Origin: Spirochaetia bacterium
Lineage (GTDB): Bacteria > Spirochaetota > Spirochaetia > UBA9216
Length of the DNA: 64,000 bases
Assembly (NCBI GenBank): GCA_963677925.2
Contig: CAXXYH010000003.1
Location: forward strand, 148,142-212,141
Direction of reading: 5' to 3'
Shown in pieces: positions 58,902 through 64,000 of this stretch; position 1 is the stretch's first letter; each line of letters begins with the position of its first letter. Made by a program: the position numbers and the translations under genes. Under the pieces are notes generated by a model. It was not told the origin of the DNA. It saw only the letters and a list, made by a program, of their open reading frames with translations, and made no database searches.

Positions 58902-59507
58902 CTACTCCTTTACAGCTTCTTTAACGATCTCTGCAAGCTTCGGATTAAGCAGTGCCGAAAATACCTCTGCAATGCCCTCGGATGTAAAATTATAGTAGGC
59001 TGAACCGTCTTTATCAGAAACCCTGAATCCGGATTCAATACCGCTGAACGGTTTAATTTCAAAACCCGCTTTAAGTTCTGCAGCAAGTTTGGATTTAAGT
59101 CCCGATTCAAGTTCCTTAAGATCCTTTTCAGCAAGCTGTACTGCGCCAGCGCTGTCTTCAGACCAGCTTTTCACTACTGTAACAACAGCATCTTCAAGAA
59201 CCTTACCCTTGTAAATGTCCTTGATTTCGCCTTCTATGATGGAATTAAAAAGTTTTTCAATTTCAGTTTTTGTTTTAAGAACAAGGTCGCGCCCCGCCTG
59301 TGTGATTGCAGCTTTACCGCCGGCTTCAGCCTTTGCAGCCTCAGCCTTGGCATCTGCAATGATTTTTTCCGCTTTTTTTTCTGCTTCAGCAACAATTTTT
59401 TCTGCTTTGTTCTCAGCACCGGAAACAATCTCAGAGGCTTTCTGTTCGGCGTCTTGAACGCCTTCTTTATTAATCTTTTCTAAAAGTTCTTTAAGCTGAA
59501 CGTCCAT
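58902..59507 (-). CDS. atpE: V-type ATP synthase subunit E
   Basis: 201 aa. Long Ala/Lys/Glu-rich N-terminal helix (AEKKAEKIIADAKAEAAKAEA) plus a globular C-terminus. First gene of the operon. Confidence 0.75.
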   Translation of the reverse strand: MDVQLKELLEKINKEGVQDAEQKASEIVSGAENKAEKIVAEAEKKAEKIIADAKAEAAKAEAGGKAAITQAGRDLVLKTKTEIEKLFNSIIEGEIKDIYKGKVLEDAVVTVVKSWSEDSAGAVQLAEKDLKELESGLKSKLAAELKAGFEIKPFSGIESGFRVSDKDGSAYYNFTSEGIAEVFSALLNPKLAEIVKEAVKE

Positions 59508-59608
59508 ATAATCCTCACATTTAATCAGAATCTATTACTATATATATTATTAAACCTTTCCTGCGGACGCAACACCGTCCTTCTGAAAAGTATAATTTTA
59601 TAAATGAC

Positions 59609-60022
59609 TTACTTAACTATGAGATCTCCGTAAATTTTGAGAACATTCCCATCTCTGGAAACATGAATATCCTGTTCAGGAAAAACTTCGGTAATGATTT
59701 CTCTCAAAAGATCTCCGACTTCCTCTTCAATACGCCGGAACACTTCCTCCGGAACATAATCAAGGGTTACCAGATCGACATCTACAACGTATCCCCTCCC
59801 ATGAATACTGCCGTAGCCTGCGCTGAAACTTGCGCCGACGTTGAACAGACCGTCACTAGCCTTGTTAGCGGTTTTTCCCCGTTCTGGTCGGTTTGGATGT
59901 AATCTGTACCTATTACCGTAATTGTTTTCCAAATAATCGTCAATAATGTCGAAAATTTTTTTTAACTTGTCATCAAACTCTCTAATCTTTTGACTGTAAA
60001 CCACGTTTATGTATAACCTCAA
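59609..60022 (-). CDS. Hypothetical protein (137 aa)
   Basis: ORF between mutS2 and the V-ATPase operon. The start is uncertain (TTG 60022 or GTG 60004) and neither has a good SD. No motif recognised. Confidence 0.55.
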   Translation of the reverse strand: MRLYINVVYSQKIREFDDKLKKIFDIIDDYLENNYGNRYRLHPNRPERGKTANKASDGLFNVGASFSAGYGSIHGRGYVVDVDLVTLDYVPEEVFRRIEEEVGDLLREIITEVFPEQDIHVSRDGNVLKIYGDLIVK

Positions 60023-60053
60023 TAAAACATTATTTTTTTAACAGATATCTAAA

Positions 60054-62426
60054 TTATTTAAGCTTAACAATAGTCTTTCCAAATCCTCCGGATTCAGCAT
60101 CCGAGAAAAAAATTTCTTTAACATTTCTGTTTTTTTTCAGAAAATCATGTACAAATTTCTGAAGAATTCCGTCACCAAGGCCGTGAATCACTGAAAACTC
60201 ATTCAGACTGCTTAAAATTGCACCATCAAGCTGACGTTCGAGTGCGTCACGTGCTTCTTCCACGCGCATGCCTCTTATATCAAGTTCAAAACTTGCTTTA
60301 ATATCAAAACCGCTGCTTGCGACACTGATTTTGTTTTCTGTTTTTTTATCTACCGCCAGAGGTTCAATATCCTTAACTTTAACATTCAGTTTAATATTCC
60401 CAAAAGAGGCAATCCATTCATCATTCTTTCTTTTTTCAATGAGTACGCCTTTCTTTCTGGTTTTTCTATTTAATATCTGCATTCCTTCAGCAAGCTCAAT
60501 ATTCAAAACGTGGCTTACACCTGTTCCTGTTTCAGCATTGTCTACCGAATCTTTTTCCGAATAAAGTTTTATTTTTTCATCTTCAAGTACACCGCTCATC
60601 GTTTCAATGAAGCTCTTTACTTTTAAATTCTTTTCCCGTGTTATTTCACCTTCACGCAGTTCCCTTACTAAATTCTCAAGATCGCTTCTTGTCCTGTGCA
60701 CAAAGCTTTTCAGCTCACCGAATTCTGATTCTTTCAGAATCATATTCTGCTGCCTGAGTTTTAGAATTTCCAGATCCTTCTTTTTTCTGACCTCATTGAA
60801 TTTCGCTTCACGGTCTTTCTGCTCTTTTTCTTTTACAAGAAATTCTCTCTGTCGTCTTTCAAGCTCGGCTATCATACTTTCAACGGAGGAATCTCCGTCA
60901 TCTATTAGTTTTTTAGCAGATTCTATTATCCGGCGGTCTATACCGCAGGACAAAGCGATTTCAACAGCATGACTTTCACCCGGCACACCTTCAATGATTC
61001 TATAGGTAGGCTTCATTGTTTCCGAATCAAACTCCACGCTTGCATTTGCTGCACCACTTCTTGTATACCCGAATCTTTTAACGGCTGAATGGTGTGTTGT
61101 GACAACAGTAGTAACATTCCGTCCTAAAAGCTCCTCAAGAACCGAAGAGGCAATAGCGGATCCCTGTACCGGATCAGTTCCGGAACCAAGCTCATCAAGC
61201 AGCACCATAGTGCGGTTATCTGATTTCCTGAGAATTTCTGAAATTCTTTTCATATGCCCGCTGAAAGTAGATAACGATTCCTCGATAGACTGATCATCAC
61301 CGATGTCGGCTATAATATCGGTGTACAAGCCTATTTCAGTACCTTCTTCGGCCGGGAGTTCGAGGGCAAACTGGTTCATCAGTATAAAAATACCGCATGT
61401 TTTAAGTGTGACTGTTTTTCCGCCTGCATTAGGACCGGTGATAATCAGAGTTTTAATTTCAGGTTTTATTGATATTGTTATAGGCACAGCCTTTGAACCA
61501 AGTGCCGGATGCCGGCCCTGATTGATGGTTATTCCCCTTTCTATTTCAACAGGTCTGACACATCTGTTTCGTATTGAATGAACTGCACGGGCATAATAGG
61601 AATCGATCTCGGATACAGTATCTATAAGAAAAAGAAAATCCTGGAAGCTGTCATTAAGTTTTTCTGTTAAAGACCTGTAAATCTTATTAACCTTCTGTGC
61701 AAGCTGATTCTGCTCATAACTCATCTGGTTGTTTAGTTCCACCAGTTCAAAAGGTTCAATATAGACGGTTGCTCCGCTTGATGAAAACTCATGTACAAGA
61801 CCCTTTACTCGTCCTCTGTAATTTGTTTTCAGCGGAAGAACAATCCTTCCGTCTCGCTGAGATGGTACCGTATTCTGCCATATTCCTTTATCATCAGATA
61901 TAAAATCAGAGGAAATTCTGCTTATCTTCTTGTGCAGGGTTGCAATTTTAGCCCTGGCGCTCTTTAAAAGGGGATGATCTTCCTTAACAGTTCCATCAGA
62001 ATTAATTTCTTTAAATATAGAATCTGAACACTGGTGCAGATCGGGTATTTTTTCCGCGGCCTCTGAGAGGATTCCGGACATAGAAATTCCCTGTTCAGGA
62101 ACAGATGTGCAGTATTTCTTTAATCGCAGGCCTGAAATTATAAAATCAGCAGAGGCTGCAAGTTCCTGCCCCTCAAGAACCATTCCTTTTTTACCCAGTT
62201 TATCTGTAAAGTATATGTCTGAAAAACTGAAAGAAGGGCGCTTCAGATCAGAGCTCAGAAGTTTCTTCCAGTCTGAAACAAAATCTTTTTTATAATTTAA
62301 AACCTTTGAGTCGGTATCCGGTTCCTGCGTGAGTATAAGAAGCGCTCCGCCGGGGGATAAAGCGTATTCAGATACATTTTTCTTAACTGAGTAAAAATCA
62401 AGCAGTTCAATTGTATGCTTTTCCAG
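60054..62426 (-). CDS. mutS2: Endonuclease MutS2 (MutS domain V ATPase + C-terminal Smr); 5' end extended to a CTG start
   Basis: Walker A GPNAGGKT, plus DELGSGTDP, STFSGH and the Smr domain LDIRGMRVEEA..VIHGLGDGILQ. The track start ATG 62183 truncates about 81 conserved N-terminal residues, and the frame is open up to 62468 (see findings). Confidence 0.85.
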   Translation of the reverse strand: MEKHTIELLDFYSVKKNVSEYALSPGGALLILTQEPDTDSKVLNYKKDFVSDWKKLLSSDLKRPSFSFSDIYFTDKLGKKGMVLEGQELAASADFIISGLRLKKYCTSVPEQGISMSGILSEAAEKIPDLHQCSDSIFKEINSDGTVKEDHPLLKSARAKIATLHKKISRISSDFISDDKGIWQNTVPSQRDGRIVLPLKTNYRGRVKGLVHEFSSSGATVYIEPFELVELNNQMSYEQNQLAQKVNKIYRSLTEKLNDSFQDFLFLIDTVSEIDSYYARAVHSIRNRCVRPVEIERGITINQGRHPALGSKAVPITISIKPEIKTLIITGPNAGGKTVTLKTCGIFILMNQFALELPAEEGTEIGLYTDIIADIGDDQSIEESLSTFSGHMKRISEILRKSDNRTMVLLDELGSGTDPVQGSAIASSVLEELLGRNVTTVVTTHHSAVKRFGYTRSGAANASVEFDSETMKPTYRIIEGVPGESHAVEIALSCGIDRRIIESAKKLIDDGDSSVESMIAELERRQREFLVKEKEQKDREAKFNEVRKKKDLEILKLRQQNMILKESEFGELKSFVHRTRSDLENLVRELREGEITREKNLKVKSFIETMSGVLEDEKIKLYSEKDSVDNAETGTGVSHVLNIELAEGMQILNRKTRKKGVLIEKRKNDEWIASFGNIKLNVKVKDIEPLAVDKKTENKISVASSGFDIKASFELDIRGMRVEEARDALERQLDGAILSSLNEFSVIHGLGDGILQKFVHDFLKKNRNVKEIFFSDAESGGFGKTIVKLK

Positions 62427-62427
62427 A

Positions 62428-63357
62428 TTACTTCCCCTTTTTATATTTATTGTATTCAGTTCTCTTCTTCAGATTTTCTAAAATCCTTAAATAACTGTCA
62501 TAACGTTCTTCGCTTATCTCACCGTTTTCGACAGCGTCCTTAATTCTGCATCCTGGTTCATGATCGTGCAAACACTGGCTGTGAGCACAATCGTTCAAAA
62601 AAGGAACAAATTCAGGCATAAAATGTGACAGATTTTCAGGCTCCATCCCGACCGGATCAATTTCCTTGATACCCGGTGTATCAATTATCCTTCCCCTTTC
62701 CCAGACATCCAGCACCGCATAGCAAGTTGTATGTGTACCCTTATTGAATTTATCTGAAACTGCGCCTGTACGGAAATTGAAATCAGGATTTATGCTGTTA
62801 AGAACCGAAGACTTGCCGACACCGGACTGCCCGACAAAGGCTGAAGTCCTGCCGGATATAATGTCTTTAAGCTCTACAAGTCCCTCTCCTGTAACTGTAC
62901 TGCACCTGTGTATTCGATAGCCGAGCGTATGCCATATTTCAAGCCAGCGTTCGACCTCATCCGATATCGGCTGATCAATCTTATTAAGAACTATAAGGAC
63001 TTCGATATTCTGTTCACAGTTAATAAGAACCCTGTCGCAGAAACGGGGACGGAAGGGAGGAGAATCCGGAGAAAGTATACATACTGCAAGGTCAATATTG
63101 GCGGCAATTGTCTGAATGCAGTTGCGCTTCCGGTTCCACCGGGCAAAGGAATTATTTCTCGGATATCTGGAAACAATCATTGCCTTCCCTGGATGATGTT
63201 CATCTATTTCAATTTCAACATAGTCGCCGGATGCAAGAGGGTTGTATTCATCTTCTGCACCTTTCAGTTTTTTCCCCTTGAAACGGCATTCAAAGTTACC
63301 CTTATCTGTTTCAACGGTGTAGATATTATTTATTCCGTATAGAACTATTCCGCGCAT
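62428..63357 (-). CDS. rsgA: Ribosome small-subunit-dependent GTPase A
   Basis: Circularly permuted GTPase with LNKID, then GQSGVGKSS, and the C-terminal zinc motif C..HSQCLHDHEPGC. Confidence 0.9.
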   Translation of the reverse strand: MRGIVLYGINNIYTVETDKGNFECRFKGKKLKGAEDEYNPLASGDYVEIEIDEHHPGKAMIVSRYPRNNSFARWNRKRNCIQTIAANIDLAVCILSPDSPPFRPRFCDRVLINCEQNIEVLIVLNKIDQPISDEVERWLEIWHTLGYRIHRCSTVTGEGLVELKDIISGRTSAFVGQSGVGKSSVLNSINPDFNFRTGAVSDKFNKGTHTTCYAVLDVWERGRIIDTPGIKEIDPVGMEPENLSHFMPEFVPFLNDCAHSQCLHDHEPGCRIKDAVENGEISEERYDSYLRILENLKKRTEYNKYKKGK

Positions 63358-64000
63358 AATCCGTACTCTTCCAGAATCCAGGTAGAATTCCGCAGTTTTT
63401 CAGAGGTTCCCGATTTATCAGTAAGTATAAAAAGATCATTTCCTTTTTTTTCCTCCGACAATAGATTATTATTCGTGAGAACTCTTATAATCTGATTGCC
63501 GACACCATCCCTTGAATCTATAATCTCAAAATTTTCTGAATTATACTTTTTTAATTCCTCTTCCATAAGCAGAAAATGGGTACAGCCAAGGACGATCTTA
63601 TCTGTATTGTTATTTGAGAAAAAATTCATTGCAGGACTCAGCACTTTATGCTTTTCCTCGTCTGATGAGGAATAAAGCTTCTTTTCGATAAAATCAATTA
63701 TTTCCGTTCCTGCAAAACGGTAAATTTCACAGCCGGAGGCATGTTCATGTATGAGAGCTTCAGTATAAACATCATTCAAGGTTCTGTCGGTTGCCATTAG
63801 GCCTATCTTTTTATTAACTGATTTAAGAGCCGCAGTCTTTACTGCCGGTACAGTACCTACAAAAGGTATATCAAATTTAGTTCTCAGATACGCAAGAGCG
63901 GTAACCGAAGCTGTGTTGCAGGCCACTACTATTATTTTTGGGTTGTGTTTTTCAATGAGTTTGCGAACAAGTGCTTCGAGCAGAAGCTGAAGCTCATCGC
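63345..64000 (-). CDS. murI: Glutamate racemase, C-terminal ~217 aa (5' end beyond the window)
   Basis: KIIVVACNTASV and LGCTHF are the two catalytic Cys motifs. The track M at 63926 is an internal GTG (Val), and the frame stays open to the window edge. Confidence 0.88.
   Translation of the reverse strand, partial: DELQLLLEALVRKLIEKHNPKIIVVACNTASVTALAYLRTKFDIPFVGTVPAVKTAALKSVNKKIGLMATDRTLNDVYTEALIHEHASGCEIYRFAGTEIIDFIEKKLYSSSDEEKHKVLSPAMNFFSNNNTDKIVLGCTHFLLMEEELKKYNSENFEIIDSRDGVGNQIIRVLTNNNLLSEEKKGNDLFILTDKSGTSEKLRNSTWILEEYGLCAE

Noticed and set aside
59564-59579. Hairpin GGACG-N6-CGTCC between the 137-aa gene and atpE
   Set aside because: The stem is only 5 bp and there is no T-tail on the transcribed (minus) strand, so I do not call it a terminator.

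Overview
AT-rich, very tightly packed core-chromosome segment. I count 49 protein-coding genes, about 40 on the minus strand, and no intergenic gap longer than about 150 bp. Gene content and local order look like a Treponema-type spirochaete: ppdK / small hypothetical / CfpA-sized filament-like gene / divergent vWA gene; uvrA followed by an lptD-like gene; and a V-type ATPase operon in the order E-DUF2764-A-B-D-I-K. There are also many TPR and exported proteins. Recognisable housekeeping blocks: purB-guaB; split purH-LCP-miaB-lapA-like-SPOR; htrA-PRT; map-TPR-nusB-PPIase-secG; gap-pgk-tpiA; phoH-pgpH-ybeY-corC; uvrA-lptD-like; ispG; the V-ATPase operon; and murI-rsgA-mutS2. I found no rRNA, tRNA, CRISPR array, IS or transposase, prophage, toxin-antitoxin or recognisable defence genes, and there is no room for a sizeable non-coding element. 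I do not see a self-contained novel multi-gene system here. The unusual signals are: (1) two conserved genes (lptD-like, mutS2) whose conserved N-termini can only be initiated at CTG, plus an unusually high share of TTG starts; (2) Gln at position +1 of 7 of 9 readable signal-peptidase-I sites, resembling the Bacteroidota Q-rule; (3) a CfpA-like filament protein ending in a histone-H1-like Lys/Ala/Pro tail with a canonical RGRP AT-hook, next to a small protein carrying the same kind of linker; (4) purH cleanly split into two translationally coupled genes; (5) a T14 tract in the cfpA-like/vWA divergent promoter and A8-A9 tracts directly after the start codons of three exported-protein genes; (6) a roughly 1690-aa multi-Ig plus beta-helix surface protein. 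All functional calls come from reading the translations for motifs, not from database searches.
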